64,000 nt of DNA from Podarcis vaucheri. Its lineage: Eukaryota. The stretch is taken from assembly GCA_965113315.1 (NCBI GenBank), contig OZ220366.1. One strand, 5' to 3'. Below the pieces are notes generated by a model. That model saw only the letters and a list, made by a program, of their open reading frames with translations, did no database searches and had not been told where the DNA came from. The position numbers were made by a program, and so were the translations under genes. Shown here one piece after another: positions 27,376 to 41,279 of the stretch (position 1 is the stretch's first letter; every line of letters begins with the position of its first letter).

Positions 27376-29636
27376 AAACAATTCTCAAGACCACACACCA
27401 AATACAAATCAGAGGTGAGGTCTGAGCCCCAAACATCCCCTCTCCAAATTATTTCCCCTTCTAAAAACGACTCCTCTTGACTGATTTGCTGCAATGCCAT
27501 TGAATGCCATGCTCTGAATTGCTCCCCCTGATCCAACTTCTCATGTTTAAAAAAGGCCAGAGGGAAAAACAAATTCAGGCAGCCTCACACAGCAGTATTG
27601 CACACATTATTTCTTCCCTGGAAAGATTTCTTTTTCCTTTTTAGAATATGCTGCTGCAGATGTTATGACTGCTAGCTTAGAAGGCTTTTTAAAATGATAA
27701 GATCAATTTGTGGAAGATTAGTTATGAACAACTATTGTCTGTGACAGCTAAATGGAAAGTTCGTGTTCAGGGGCAGTGTACCTCTGACTATCAGGTGCTA
27801 GAGGAAAATGGGGGAAAGCTATCATATTTTGAGTTTCCAGGGAAATCTGGCTGGCCCATGTACTTCCCAAGTGTCTCCAATAATTCATGCCCCCAGATGC
27901 CCCCAGTTAACGCTTTCCTCTGCTGCCCATCCCCCAAAAGAAAACTTCCCATTTTTCCGAACCATAAGCTCTGTCTTCCCAAGTCTTTTTTCCTGGTCTC
28001 CATTTTTTCTTGTTCTGCTCAGAATAAGTTGGCAGGAGGATCTCTTCCCATCAGTCTTCTCCTGTCGTAACAATTCTGTTTTCTCCTCCAGATAGGAGAA
28101 TGAAGGTGTGAAATTTTAAAATGGTCAGCTGCTGTCCAATAAGCAAGTCTGCACCACTGCCCAGGTAGCAAACCTGCCCTTTTTACTCATCCCCCTTCCC
28201 AGTGCCACAGCACAAGTGCCCATGAAATACTTTGGACTAATTTATAGGAGCCAGCAGAGAGTAAATTCATTTTGTACCGCTGTGTTGGCATACTAGTGCC
28301 AGAGGGTACACCCACTCTGAGCTTTAAAAGCAAAACCCTAAGTTTAAAATTATGTCAGTTGCACACATGTGCTTAGATATTTTAAGGATTCCCCCCTCTT
28401 TTCCAAAATAGTAAGTGACAGACTGAGCCACAATGCAGACTGAATAAGAAACTCTGCACCTGCACTAAGTGCACCCAGTGATTCTGGGTTATGTAACATT
28501 ATTTTGTTTTTTTAAATCCATAAATTGACTGTGACCTCTTCTTCGGCTAGGGAAAAGTCTAATGGTTGATTTACTGGGAAATACCGTAATAAAGAAAGAA
28601 AAACATTTAGTAACTATTCAGGTGTATGATACTTGCTGTAGAAAGCTGCAACATTGTAATTATCCTATGCAAATTGCTTTCTTGGTTCTCTGGTACCTTG
28701 GCATGTTGGCCCTTTTCCAAGCTTGTTTGTAGCACTCATTAAGATGTGGCACAAACACCTCCCATCTTGCAGTGGCATTGCATCCCTGCCTTTGTCTATT
28801 CCACCCCAGGCTCATCACAGGTGTCTGCCACCTACTAGCTCCCTTGCCCCTTGTGTGCACATAGGTATTGCCACCACAAAAGGTAAGTGTCCCATTAGCC
28901 ATTCACTTAGCTTCTCCTATCCTCCTCTTTGGGTGCTGGGTGGCATTTTTTCAGAGGGCTCATCTTTCCCACTCTGTTGCCTGCTATCCAGGTGGCTGAC
29001 AGTTTTGAGAGGTGGCAAGTAAAGCAGAGCTCTGTGTCTTCTGCATCCGTGTCTAGCTCTTACCTCTAGCCTCTACAGAGCTCCTGTTTTAGGGAAACTA
29101 TAGCTCACTGCTGTGCAGCCAGAGAGAAAGCGGGACAGTAGTGTGGTGTGCCAGGTTATATCTGAGGTTTCTGTCTCGTTTCTTAGCAGAGAGAGAGGAG
29201 TGAGGGATGGATGTTATCCATCTCTATCTGATTCCAGCTCCCTCCTGTCTTTCTGGCTTCCAGCTTGAAGGCAGGACAGAACTGCAGGAACAGCTGGCTT
29301 AGCACACTGCTGTGGGGACTGTCTGTCCTGAAGGCAGATGGAGGAATTGGGGGAGGCAAGCAGAGCAAGAAATAGGTGATTCCTCCTTGGATAATTACTT
29401 AAATGGCTACGCATATTTACATGATTGAAATATTTGTTTGGTTTTTTTGTTTGAAGATTTGTGATTTTTTAAATTTCCCTCTGGACAAGCTTCAGCAATT
29501 TTTAGCAACACAGATTTAGATGTAGAGATGTGGCCCATGTGCCCACTAGGGCTTTCCTGGCACTTTCCTGCTTCAGCCCTTGCACTTCTTAAAAGTCGAT
29601 CCTGAAGACTGGAGAGCCCTCTAGTTCAGTGTAGGG

Positions 29637-29900
29637 CAGGGAACAGCAAGGTTTATCTTGCCTAGGCCGGATCGGTCCCATGGAGATCCCTCCGTGGGCT
29701 GGATCATGCGCATGTGTGAGCACCCACAATTTTCAGCGCATGCGCAGATTATATTTTCGGCACCGCGGAAGCAAGTCCCCACTCCACACTGCACTGGTTT
29801 AGTGCAGCGCACGAGCAGGCAGCTTGGTTCGGGATGTGGGCTGGTCAAACGACCTCCGCGGGCCACTTCCGGCCTATGGGCCTTAGTTTGCTGACCCCTG
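29637..29900. mobile_element. 264-bp hAT (Charlie-like) MITE
   Basis: Termini CAGGGAACAGCAA...TTGCTGACCCCTG; perfect 8-bp TSD GTGTAGGG at 29629-29636 and 29901-29908. Confidence 0.88.
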
Positions 29901-30633
29901 GTGTAGGGCTATTTGAAAATGTTCTGTTTGAAACAAATCAGAAAACATCAACTAAGCTATCATTCCAGCCTCTCCTTCCCCCTACCAACACAACTCCATT
30001 CGTTGAAAATGAGCCCAAATGAAAAACATCTGGAAGTTCGCCATTTTCCCCAAACCGAGGGCAGTATTCAACTAAACAGTTTCACTAGCTCATTGACATT
30101 TAGTTCCCTGTTCTGAGGCATCACTCACCTCCAGAGCAGATTTAGGGTGTGCACGGGGAGAAGAGAGGGTGAGGAAGTTCGGTCGGGCCACTAAAAGTCT
30201 TTATGCTGGCAGAACTGTTCAGTTGCGGCAACCACTGAAAATACTTTTATACGTGACTTTGTGTTGACTGGGTGGAAGCATAGCATAGGATGCAAGAGTG
30301 AAGTCTTGGCTGCTTATGGACAGTGACTGAATCAGGTGGAGGCTAGTGCAGAATCACTTCAATTTGTCTCGTTATTTGGGGTACACACAGAGCCAGTGGA
30401 CATCCCTACAACTTGTACACCCATGAGCCCTTCTTATGTGAGATGATGCATCTATTTTGTACTCTGATACTAACATCCGCATTAAAATATATTGAAATGT
30501 TCCTTAGAGGCAAAAATGGCAGAAATTAAATAATAAAAGCAAACTTACCAAGAGGTTCTGTGAAAATATAGTATAAAGAATAGAAAGACAGGTGCTTTTG
30601 TCCAGCAGTTTGATCTTTTCCCCATGTTCTATT

Positions 30634-30761
30634 NNNNNNNNNNNNNNNNNNNNNNNNNNNNNNNNNNNNNNNNNNNNNNNNNNNNNNNNNNNNNNNNNNN
30701 NNNNNNNNNNNNNNNNNNNNNNNNNNNNNNNNNNNNNNNNNNNNNNNNNNNNNNNNNNNNN
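30634..30761. other. Assembly gap (128 N)
   Basis: Run of N. Confidence 1.
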
Positions 30762-30974
30762 CATGTTTATTCAGTCACTATTTTATGTGACTAAGACTGA
30801 ACTAACAATAGTTCATGGCCATGTATGAATTGGTATATTCGTTTTAAAATTTAGAAGTGTTCATGATTTAGAAGATGGTGGCTAACTAATTCACTACCAT
30901 CACTTTAATGGTAAAAACTAAAATTTCTGTCCCTTTCAGATATGATATTCTGATTGGAGGTAAGGGGTCTTTAC

Positions 30975-31060
30975 TTAAGAGTACAATCCTATGCATTTCT
31001 ACACAGAAGTAATTCTCACAGAGTTCACTGGGGTTTATCCCCACAAGATCGCAGCCTTAG
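30975..31060. repeat. ~85-bp imperfect palindromic MITE-like repeat (representative copy; possibly PIF/Harbinger-type)
   Basis: CAATCCTATGCAT...AGAAGTAA...GAGTTCAC/ATGGG...GATYGCAGCC-TTA; related copies at ~5650, 21690, 32980, 40485, 41000, 47150, 47330, 48770, 54310. Confidence 0.7.
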
Positions 31061-34000
31061 TACCATACAGCAGATGTGAAATGACCTTTCAAATGCACCG
31101 CTTCATTTAGGGCTGCTTCAAGTGACAGTAGTACCTTTATCATCTGCAACCCCGTAGGCAGCCATGAGTGTAAGTTCTAAAGCAGAATACAGAAATTTGA
31201 TTGGCAGGCAAGCTGTATTTTTTTCTGGCCCAGCCTTAGCTCATCTATCATCACTTACCAAAAACGTTATAAGGATATTTTTCACTCATGTTCCTGTAAA
31301 ACGTTGAGAGGACAAAAGAACAAATCTAGACTCTTATAGGAAACTCTTTATCCAAAATGGTCACAGTTTCTGTGCCAGATGCAGATGATTAAAAGTAGTT
31401 CTTGGCCATTGCTGATACATGATCACCTGGCATCAGATGAGAGGGGCTTTTAACTTTGTCCACAACCATGTTAAATCCATGTGAACTGTTAGTTTTTAGC
31501 ACAGTTCAAAAGCATTGTTTCAACTTTATCTGCACTAGAAAGGAAGAACCAACATTTTTCAGAGTGTCATGGGGCAAAACTATAGTGTATGTTGACTCTG
31601 CAGTACGATTTAAGTTGTTTTAATGAGCAAATAAATATATGAGCTTGCTGTAGGGGAGGAAAATACCCAGAGTTTACTAAAATAAGCACAACTCAGTAGA
31701 TGCCTTCAAGTATATATAGCAAAAGTATGTCCCAATGTCTGCAGCAATATTGAGAGGAAATACTTGCTCTGTAAACATACGCAATATGTGTAAGTGTGAA
31801 GAAATAACAGGCTCCTAAATTTATATGCAAGTTACCCTTGAAATCTAGACTATGCATACACCATGTGGTAGATTTCCCCCTTTAATGCTAAATAGTCTTT
31901 TTTGCACTTTTGCACAGTTAATTTTATTGTGTACATCACTGATAAATTCATTTTTGAAGCTGTTTGTTGGCCAGTTTGTCAGGAACAGAGTTGCTGGAAT
32001 TCTTTAGTTTTTGCTTTTGATACAGATGGGTGAAAATAAGTTATTGAAAACTTAAATTTCACCAGTTATGCAGCCAAAAGTCAAATTCCACTTGATCTTT
32101 ATATTAAAGAACAAAAATAGTAAAACTGTGGTGTGCTACATATTCTTAGAATTTCTGCATGAGCTTAGAGTTCATTGTTTTCTATAACCGTTACTTTACA
32201 GACTACATGTTAGTGAATATTACTTATTTTATTTGTTGACTATTTTTCTTTAAATAATACTGCCCACACAGCAAGGGAATTCTCCAGCATCTAACTGGCT
32301 TATGTTCTGCATTTTTACTTTGTTTTGTAAACCATCCATAGCTTTACAAACTATACTGAGGAACAATTAATTTCATTTGATAAAACATAGTTCCAAGAAA
32401 TTCTCCCAAATAGGTACATAACAGTAGCAAAAATAAAAACAAAGTGCAGGATCGAGACCATGGACATAGCGTCTTCACACACAGAGTATTCCCAAAGGCT
32501 CAGTAGAGTCCTGTCTCTCCATTCTCACTCTCTCCCTCACATACTGGGACAATGCAAATATGGAATGAATGGTCTGTGCACACCTCCCTTATCCCATCCC
32601 ACCATTCCTTTTGCCCCGATACATGTTTCTCATGCTGAGTAACATTGACAGAAAACAAAGTGCCAGATGGGGATATAGGAGGCAGACATGCTCCTTTGAT
32701 TCCCCTTACAATTCCATTTGTGCATTTGTGTTCACACCTGTATTTCTGCATACAGCTCGGAGCCTATGGCAGTCTTCTCTATGTGAACACTACATGTGCA
32801 GTGGACAGATTGTTCCCTGTGTGTCTACATCTTGTAGAAGAATATGCTGTTAGGCTTTTATACAAGTTCATTGAAACTGTCTTTACATTCTCCCACCCTT
32901 CTAATTCTTGCCATTTTACAATATAGTAAGCCTAGAACCTTGCTGGTTGTATATATAGATTTTCAAAATGACTTACAGCGTAATCCTAAACTATGCCCTG
33001 CACAGGAGTGAAATCTTATTCAATGGGGCTTACTCCCAGTTAAGTGTGATTACAACTGGAGCCCTAAAAAGTTTATTCTAAACTAAATAGCACCTTGATC
33101 TTAAAGTTACTGATTTAGAAGCAAATCCTATTGCTTCTAGTTAACAACAGTGCTTGATGTGGTTTGGCGGTCCACCAGTAGGTATCCCATCTGAAAATGG
33201 ACCATAAGTTCTATACCTTGTCATTTTGGGGCAAACGTCTTCACATCTGGGTTGTTTCTGAAATTTTTTTTGTTCTTCAGCTGTCTTCTTTTTAGTCTTG
33301 AACAATTTTTAAATGCCAATTATAATATAGTAATCTGGGGAAATTGACTATTTCAGGTTGACTATTTTTTAGAGACAAAAATTGATCTTGCATCCTAAGT
33401 TCATTAATACTTTGGAAATTTATTGTTCTTCTGAAAACATTCCTTTTCAGGGCCAACTTATTTTTGTTCTTTTGTTTTAGTTAAAGGAAGCATTAGATTC
33501 TAAAGTGCCTAAATTATTTTAACTTTATAAAAAAATCCTTATTACCTATTTATTAAATGATTTGATACTGCACTGGAACATAGCAGCTTGTTAAAAAAAA
33601 CAAAACCATACTGGTGGATTAATATGTGTAAAGCCATCTGCAGAATTTAATTGCAATAGCACCAAGAGGTCCGGTACTATTTAGTTGCTTTATTAGCTAT
33701 TTTATGCTTTAAATGCCTTCACTGAAATTAGAAACACTGTTCTGGCAGCTACATAAAATTGGGGCTAATGATTAACAGGAAAAGGGAGTGATCCAGTAAG
33801 CACTACTTCTGTGCAACCTGCGTTTCCATTTATTCGCAGCAGGACTTGAGCAGTAGCACTCCCAATGCACATCCTGTTGAGCACTGTAGAGAAAGTGCTC
33901 CCGTCTTTAGCAGAACAAATCCTGTCTTTGTTTTCCCGGAAGTAATTCCCAATGAGTTCGGTGGGTCTTGTGCCCCGAACTGCTGCCTTAGGCTACAATC

Positions 34001-34249
34001 CATACCTGGCAATGCACACCAGGAATTCAGTGGGGCTCATGTCGAAGAACTCCCTCGTGGCTTCTGCTCTTTAAGCTGTGTGAGCTTGTACAATTTAGTT
34101 TGCATCGACCGACCTTCATTAGAAGTCTTCCAACAAGCCAAACGAAATTCAGAAGGTGTTGCCTCCTGAATCTATACCAGACTCTTTCTTCCCTGTGACT
34201 CTTGCGTGTGTTTTGCTTAAAAGATGTCTAAAGGTCAATCTCGCCGTTT

Positions 34250-35500
34250 CTTTCTGGAGACGCGGCGCGCGTGTTCCCCAGGCGCCACTCGCCCCGGGGC
34301 CCTTTGGCTGCGCGCAGCGGACTCTGCGCGCCCTGGCGCCTCTCCGCCACTCGGCCTCCCGCTTCTTCGGCTGGGCTGCTGGGGACGCCCAAGCGGGGAT
34401 CCTCCGTCCAAGCCCCGACTCGGCGGCTCGCCGCGGCCTGCCGCCCTTTGTTCTTCCGTCCGCCGAGGGACAACAAAGCGGACGGGCTCCCTGGACCAGT
34501 CACGGCCGCCGGGGCCGGGCGGGCGCAGGTGGGAGCATCTGCAGCTCCGCGGCGCGATTTGGCACGGTCCCGGTGGACATGGAAAGAGGCTCCTGGCTCC
34601 GCAGGGGCAGCGCTCAAGCTTGTGCCGATAAGTGAGTGGGGGTGGCGGGATCTCACTTCTTTCCCCTGCTGTTTTGGACTTGGGAGTGTGGCGCTTCCCC
34701 CCTCCCAAAGGGGTGGAATTGCTTGGATCGGCAGCGCCTGGCGCGCTCTCCATCCAGTCCATGCCCGGTGCGCCGCGTTATTGTTTTGGGGAGCCGTTTG
34801 GGAAGCGGAGCCAATGCCGCGCTGCTATCTCGGGGCCATAGGGAGAAGCTGCACTATTTTGATTACGCCTGGTGTAAACATTTTAATGTCGGATCCTTAA
34901 AATCCAGAGCCTCTCCCAAAGGGGATTAGAACATAATCCTCTCGCTCTATAGCTGGAGTGGATTAATTTCGTATTCTCTCAGTGGCGGGTTTGCTCCCTG
35001 AAGGCTCGAACAAAAAGACTCCGCGCTCCTTAAATGTGCCGTGGTATTGGGACTTGTAATTGGAGATTTCCAAAGGACAAGTGTAAAAATGACACACTAT
35101 TAAGAAGGAGCGTTTCATTCGGTGCCTTTTCAATGGGCGGGCGGGAGGGGGGCGCTTCAGAGGCTCCGAGTGAAATATGTGAAATGTTACACTCAGGTTA
35201 TGATGTGGGGGAGGGGCGCCAAGTGCCTTTGGATCCCTGTCCTTTTGCTAACCTCACCCAGAAGGCCCAATCCATCCCGCTATAATGCCAAGGGGCAACT
35301 GGGAAGGGAGCATCTGCCCCCTCCTCACTTGCGCTGTGCCTCCACGTGTCCAGCGGAGATCGTCCTCCCCTGCTCGGAGAGCGCGCAGGTAGAGGCTGCT
35401 TGACCTTTGAGCAGTCGCCCACCCCTTTGCCTGGCAGCTTGTGCGCTGGACGCGTTCCCGGATCCTATGATCTCCTCCTGCAGGCCCTGGGCGAGGAGCC
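34250..35500. promoter_or_regulatory. Intronic CpG island without an associated exon
   Basis: Abrupt switch from AT-rich, CpG-poor DNA to dense CpG/GC sequence; no recognisable TE or protein. Confidence 0.75.
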
Positions 35501-36429
35501 CCTTTTCGAAGGGGCTGAAGAAGCAGCCACCGTTCCAACGCCAATCCTACATGCTGGACCCTGGCAACACGCCCTCTGCCTTATTACAGACTGCCTAAGT
35601 TGGGAGAGAGTGCGCTACGCCACGGGTAGGACATATTTGCTAAGCAGTAGCGGAAACTCCTAGCTAAGCCTAAGCTCTTCCTGTGTGCTAAAGCCAGCAG
35701 GCTAACTCAAGTGGTGGTGGCGAGGCGGAATTCGACCAGGGAGTGCTTTTTAAAATACACTCCAATGAAGCAGTCCAATTACGTAAAGTTTATTCAAGAC
35801 AGTTATAAAAGCAAATTAAGAGGGAGGTCATCAGTTGGTGTGATAAAGACAACAAAACAGTTTCTGGCTAATCAGTCTAGTGCAATCTAGTTTAGCCATG
35901 TCATTTGCATCTTCTCTCCTTGCTCACCCTGAGAAAAGTGAAGTCTTCTTGGATATCTATTGACTATGCCATTAACCCTTTCGTTTCAGGAGAGGGGGTT
36001 GAGTTCTCCTATAGGAATAAAGAGACCAGTGCACCTCTGCACATAAGGCAAAGGTTGCAATTTTCACAGTCTTAGCTCCAGAGATGAGATTCACATAATC
36101 AGGTACAGTATTGTTTGAGAGGATAGGCTATCAGTACTGGGAATACCCTAGAAAGGTGAAAATCAAGAAGGATGCAGATTGTGGATTTAAGAAATCTTGG
36201 AAGGACATAATCTGAGAAATCTCTTGATATGCCTTATAGTTATTCCAGCCAAATAGATACGGGGTTCTTAAAAGTGTGCAGGTTTGTAGAAAACATTGGT
36301 TATAAATCTAGGGTGGCCAACCTGGTAACATTCAGATGTTGCTGCACTTCAACTCCCATCAGCCCCAACCACAAGTCCAGTGGCCAGGAAGATTTTTGTG
36401 TCAGTTCAACTTACAGGTGTGCTTGGAAG

Positions 36430-37170
36430 AAGTGGATTACAGTCTGGGTTCAGGCCCAGTTATGGCACCAAAGCTGCCATGGTTGTCCTAGTGCTACCTC
36501 GTAGGCATTTGATACTGCACACCATAGCTTGGAGCAGTTTCATGAATTGGAAATGGAGCCCCTTCTGCACTAAACTGCTGTTGTTTCACTCCTACCTTCA
36601 TGCTTCCAGAGACTTATCAATGTTGAACTATAACTTGACATCATAGGAGTTTGGTGACCCACAGGGATCACTCTCGGCCCTCATGTTATTCAACATATGC
36701 GAAGCTGTTGGAGGATGTCATCAGGGGAGTTGGAGTGAGGTATCAGCTGATGACCTTGAACTCTATGTCACTTTACCACCTGAATCAGAAAATGCAGTTC
36801 AGGTGCTTGATGTGGACCAATAAATTGAAATTTGATTCCAGACAAAATGGAGATGTAGTGTGTTGCAGGCTCTCACCTGTGGAAAGTGAGTAAATAACCT
36901 GTTCAGTTTGGAGTGGCACTGCCCTAGAAATAACAGGTTTGAAGCTTTAAAATGCTCCTAGACCAAACACTGCCAGTGGAAGCTGGCTTTAGTAACTAGG
37001 AATACTTATTTTTGGACAGAGATGGTCTGGCTATAGTGCTCTGGTAACCGCAGGGCTGGACTACAGTACTGCATTATACATGAAGCCTGCATTATACATG
37101 AACCCTTGAAGACTGTTCCAAAGCTACAGCAGTTGCAAAATGCAGCAGCCAGGGGGCTGGTAAGAATTCC
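36430..37170 (+). mobile_element. Decayed L2 LINE reverse-transcriptase fragment
   Basis: Frameshifted motifs QSGFRPSYGTKAAMV, AFDT, GS.S..LFNIY.K.L..VIR..G, ADD, LVT..LDY, KLQQLQNAAAR. Confidence 0.8.
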
Positions 37171-37715
37171 TAGTTAGCCACAAATTACAGGAGTTCAGAG
37201 CATGGTTTCCCTAGTCGTTTTGTGTATTGTGGAATGAATCCCATCTGTAAACTGGGATAGTTTGACTGAGAAGTTGGTGTTCCGTGTCATTTTTCCAGAA
37301 TATCATTTACAGCCCTGAAGAGGTATTGGAACTTGTTTTCTGAGCAGGTTTTGTGGCTTAATGCATGAAACCCATCTAGCTATGTGTGACTGGTGGATTT
37401 GGATGATTAGGCGAGCTCAGAAGTTAGCATTCCAGAGCATTTACTCTGTTTATGACCCAGAGCAGGTAGTTCTGTGGAATATTTTTGTGGTTTATATTAT
37501 ATATGTGATTTGTGAATGTGACAGATCTAGTTAGCTCTGAAGTTGTTGTGCCCTGGCCATTCCTCTCTTACAGATGGGTTCTGGTTGTGAAGGGGTTAAT
37601 ACATAATATCTGACAGGTTTCCATTCTAAAATATTACGTCTAACGCAGCTTCCCGGTTTGGGAATTCCACCATGTTCCATAGGAAAGGGACCATAAACCA
37701 ACAGTAAGGAAAGTA

Positions 37716-37854
37716 TCAGTCGGTAGAGCATGAGACTCTTAATCTCAGGGTTGTGGGTTTGAGTCCCATGTTGGGCAAAATATTCCTGCATCCCAGGGGA
37801 TTGGGCTAGACGACTCCGTGGTCCCTTCCAACTTTACAATTCCATGATTCTATG
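37716..37854 (+). mobile_element. tRNA-Lys(CUU)-derived SINE with CR1-type 3' tail
   Basis: TCAGTCGGTAGAGCATGAGACTCTTAATCTCAGGGTTGTGGGTTTGAGTCCCATGTTGGGC (anticodon CTT at 37738-40), followed by GGTCCCTTCCAAC...ATTCCATGATTCTATG, a CR1 tail. Confidence 0.88.
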
Positions 37855-38559
37855 TGGATTTCCCTTACTGGACTCTTCCCCACCACCCCACCCAGCAAGA
37901 GAGGGCCAAGCAAGCAAGTGGAATGGTGGTTGCTCTTGCCACCTCTCCCTGGGTGGCTCTTCAGGGCCCAGTCCCCACTCTCCAGCAGACCCGGGGGGGG
38001 GTGAGTTGAGAGAGGTACAGATGTTCTTGCGAAGGGCATCCATCATCTTTCATTGCACTTTCTTCAAGTGCCCCCACTGGGCAAGATAAGAGATTGTCAG
38101 TGATCAAAGCGAGGAAGCAGCTCCTTGTAGTCACCACTCAGTCATCCACTTTTTGTTGGGGAGCAGGAAGCAGCTGCCTTCTGCTTTTGGGGGGGGGTGG
38201 CAGAAGCAATGGGCTGGCGAAGCCCCAAAGCAAGGGGTGGTGGCTGGGTAAAAGGACCAGCACTTAACAGACCACCCCCAGACACACACCCAGGCCCAGA
38301 ATGCTGACTCTGCTTTCCATCTCTGGTACCTCCTCGCTGGGATAATATCAAGGCTTGCTTACTTACATGGGTTTTGATAATGAAATAATCAGGAATATTC
38401 ATGCTGCTAAGTAACACCCCCCACACACACACACCGCTTTCTTCCCTTTAGCGAAAAAGAAAGTTAATAGAAACATCTTGTGATCCTTCGAAACGCCGCT
38501 GGTTTGAGTGGTAGCTGTTTTTGCCTAGTTCAGGCTCGTATAGGATTCACAAGGTCGTT

Positions 38560-39900
38560 TGTTCAGAGCGCTTGGAAGTGTGAGGGGTTCCTCGCAGGCG
38601 TTTTGCTCTGAAATCTCCGCGATGCACTTATTTCCAGCAGCCATTCTGAAAATTAAACCCGGCTCGCCACTGTCGTTCTCCCTTGTGCACCCACGCCCCG
38701 CACACAAAAGATTTAGGCATTCTCTCTCTCTCTCTCTCTCTGAAGAAAAAGATTTCTTGCTATAGTCTCTGGCCTCCTGACCGCGAACTACCAGCCACTT
38801 CCTTTTTATTTTGCCCATATAACAAGCGGGGAGCCGGGAGGTAATTGGGTTAACTACCTGATCTTCCTTCTGGGAGCGCGCAAGGCCCACTAAACGCCTT
38901 CTTATCATGATCGACTATCACGCGGCTCCCCAACTGCATCATCTTTAAGGGACTTTTTTTATTTTCTCGCCGAGGCCTGTAAAGCCCCGGCGCTCGGGTG
39001 GCGAGGAAGGGTTAAAGGCAGACGGGGGCGGGGAGAGGAGAGGGGCCGGGGTGGCGATCGCAGAGGGGAGGAGAGAAGCAGCAGCAGCAGCAGGGCCCGG
39101 GAGCTGCTGCTGCTGCCTGGAGAGCTCGGCCTGCCATTACGCACAAAGGCGAGGGGCCTGGGGAATCGAAACCCAAATCCACTTGTAATCGCACGAGAGA
39201 ATCGCGCGTAATTACTCGAGCGACCGAGATTAAGATTGATGAGCCTTTAAAGCGCCGTTTCGGATCGATCCGCTGCCCTAAGCAGGAGCCCCGCCGGCCA
39301 GGAGGGCGGCCCGCTTGCCGGCCTGCTTGCTTCCTCGCTCGCCGAGCGCCACTGGCGCTGTCCGGCCGGAGGGGGAGGCGGCAGGGAGGACGGAGCAAGG
39401 GCGATGCCCAAGCCCCGCGCGTATGGTCCGCATCAGCTGACCGGGGTGAAGAGGCCAGGCTGGCCTATTAGGCGCGGGGAAAACAAGAAAATGAACGAAA
39501 ATAGAGTTTGTCTCCATATTATCCAGCCCCTGGTGGGCTGGCTTGAGAGCTGTCAGAGGCGGGAAGCCGAGCGTTGCCTAGGGCTGGGTGGAGAGGAGGG
39601 AAGGAGGCGATGCTTGGAAGGGAGGGAAGTTAGCGCTGAAATGAGGCCTGCCACGCTCTCCGTCAGGCCGAGGGACGGGCTGAGCTCGGGCTAAGTGGCG
39701 GGTAGGATGGGGAGCTTCCAGCGGGATCCGTAGAGGCAGGAGACGGGGCTCTGGAGAAGGGCAGAGCTTGGCAGCGCAAATGGTGGTCGGACCGAGCGCC
39801 AGCCAGCCAGCCAGCCCTACCTCAGCTGCCTTCCCCACAGAAAAGAAGCCGGGGAGAGGCTGCTGGAGAGACACCAGAAACCAAATCCGACCGAGCACAT
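38560..39900. promoter_or_regulatory. CpG island with embedded TAAT-rich core
   Basis: Dense CpG; AT-richer core 39170-39260 with TAATC/TAATTA/GATTA/TGATGA motifs. Confidence 0.7.
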
Positions 39901-41279
39901 CATTTCACACACACACACACGGAATTAACAGTCTCAGCACCTAAAAGAAAAAACAACAGTACCAGCAGCCAGATAATACTATGCCTTATTACTTCCCAGT
40001 TTCTAAAATGTGGCATCAGTGTATTGCATTTCATGTTATTCGAATAGATGTTTCGGTTTATTTATCCGTAGGGCGGTCTTGGCTCAATATCCCATTATCC
40101 CATGCATTTATTTTTATGCGATCTGCATAGATCTCGAGATGGAATTTCCAATAAGTTCGTTTAGGATCCGGATGGGAAGTCTCCTTAGAGTCAATGTAAT
40201 AACGGTCCGCAAACAGCAAACAGCCTTATGGCACCTTAAATGTTAACACATTTATTATGGCATACGCTTGTCAGGCCATAAGATGCCTGGTTCCTATTAC
40301 TGGTCCTCCTGCTCTGAGGAGCCCCACGGCGCTTGGCTCTAAGGTTGCCGTCGCCAGGACTCTAACTAGGCAGCCTGACCCGCCTAATACAGCCGGATTC
40401 GCCTCCCGAGGAAACCTGCAGAGGATTGCGTTGCACAGTACTAGAAATGCCCAAATAATTTCGGGGTTTTCTTGCAGGTTTGAGCTACGATTCTGTGCAC
40501 ATTTACTTGGAAGTAAACCCCGATGAATTCTGTAGTATATACTTGCGTGTAAGCAAGTTAGAATAACTCTGAATCTTTTTGTTTTGGAGTAATTATGCTC
40601 TCAGCATTAACTTTTCAATAAATTAAAGAGGGAGAGAGATTGTTTCTGGCGTCTCTGCGGAGACAAATTGTTTTCTTTATAACAATTGTTTGTTTCACAA
40701 TAAAGGCTGCACTTTGTTTTACACACACATACACATTTTCTGCACAGAGAGAGCCCTAGTCTGGCATCTGATGTCTCGCAGATAGTTTTATGATGTAGAA
40801 AACACTGCATTGCCTAACGTCCAGAATAATAAAAAAGAAGTAAAACATATTCGATATGTGTGGTGCATAATTTGTATTGTAATTTTATGACTAGATACAG
40901 GAAGCGTAAATCTAAATATATTTTATTGGAAGCCCCTCTGATTTTTATTCCGTGACACTGCTTTTCTAAATACTCGCTGCCCGTCTTAGGCTGCCCTTCA
41001 TACACACGTGCAAACCGGTAAATTTACTGAATTGAGTGGGACCTGCACTCGACCTTTATGTGATCGGGCTTCGAGATTAGGAAGAGATGGGCTATTTTCA
41101 TCAGGGGGCTGTGATCTCCCCACCCGCACCCCGCTAGTATTCTCAAATCTTCCTGTCTTTAGGTGGCGAGACCTACACACACCCTAGTTCTTGGGTGTTG
41201 TTTTGTTTGAAAGACCTATATAAAGTGGCCTGCTGTTCCGATGGTCCGTCAATCATCCTTTGAGGTTCAGGCATACACA

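Noticed and set aside
34156-34900. Stack of overlapping 135-209 aa ORFs
   Set aside because: Open in most frames on both strands, as expected of GC-rich DNA
37716-37776. Possible tRNA-Lys(CUU) gene
   Set aside because: 5' acceptor stem missing, B box mutated, followed by a CR1 tail: a SINE
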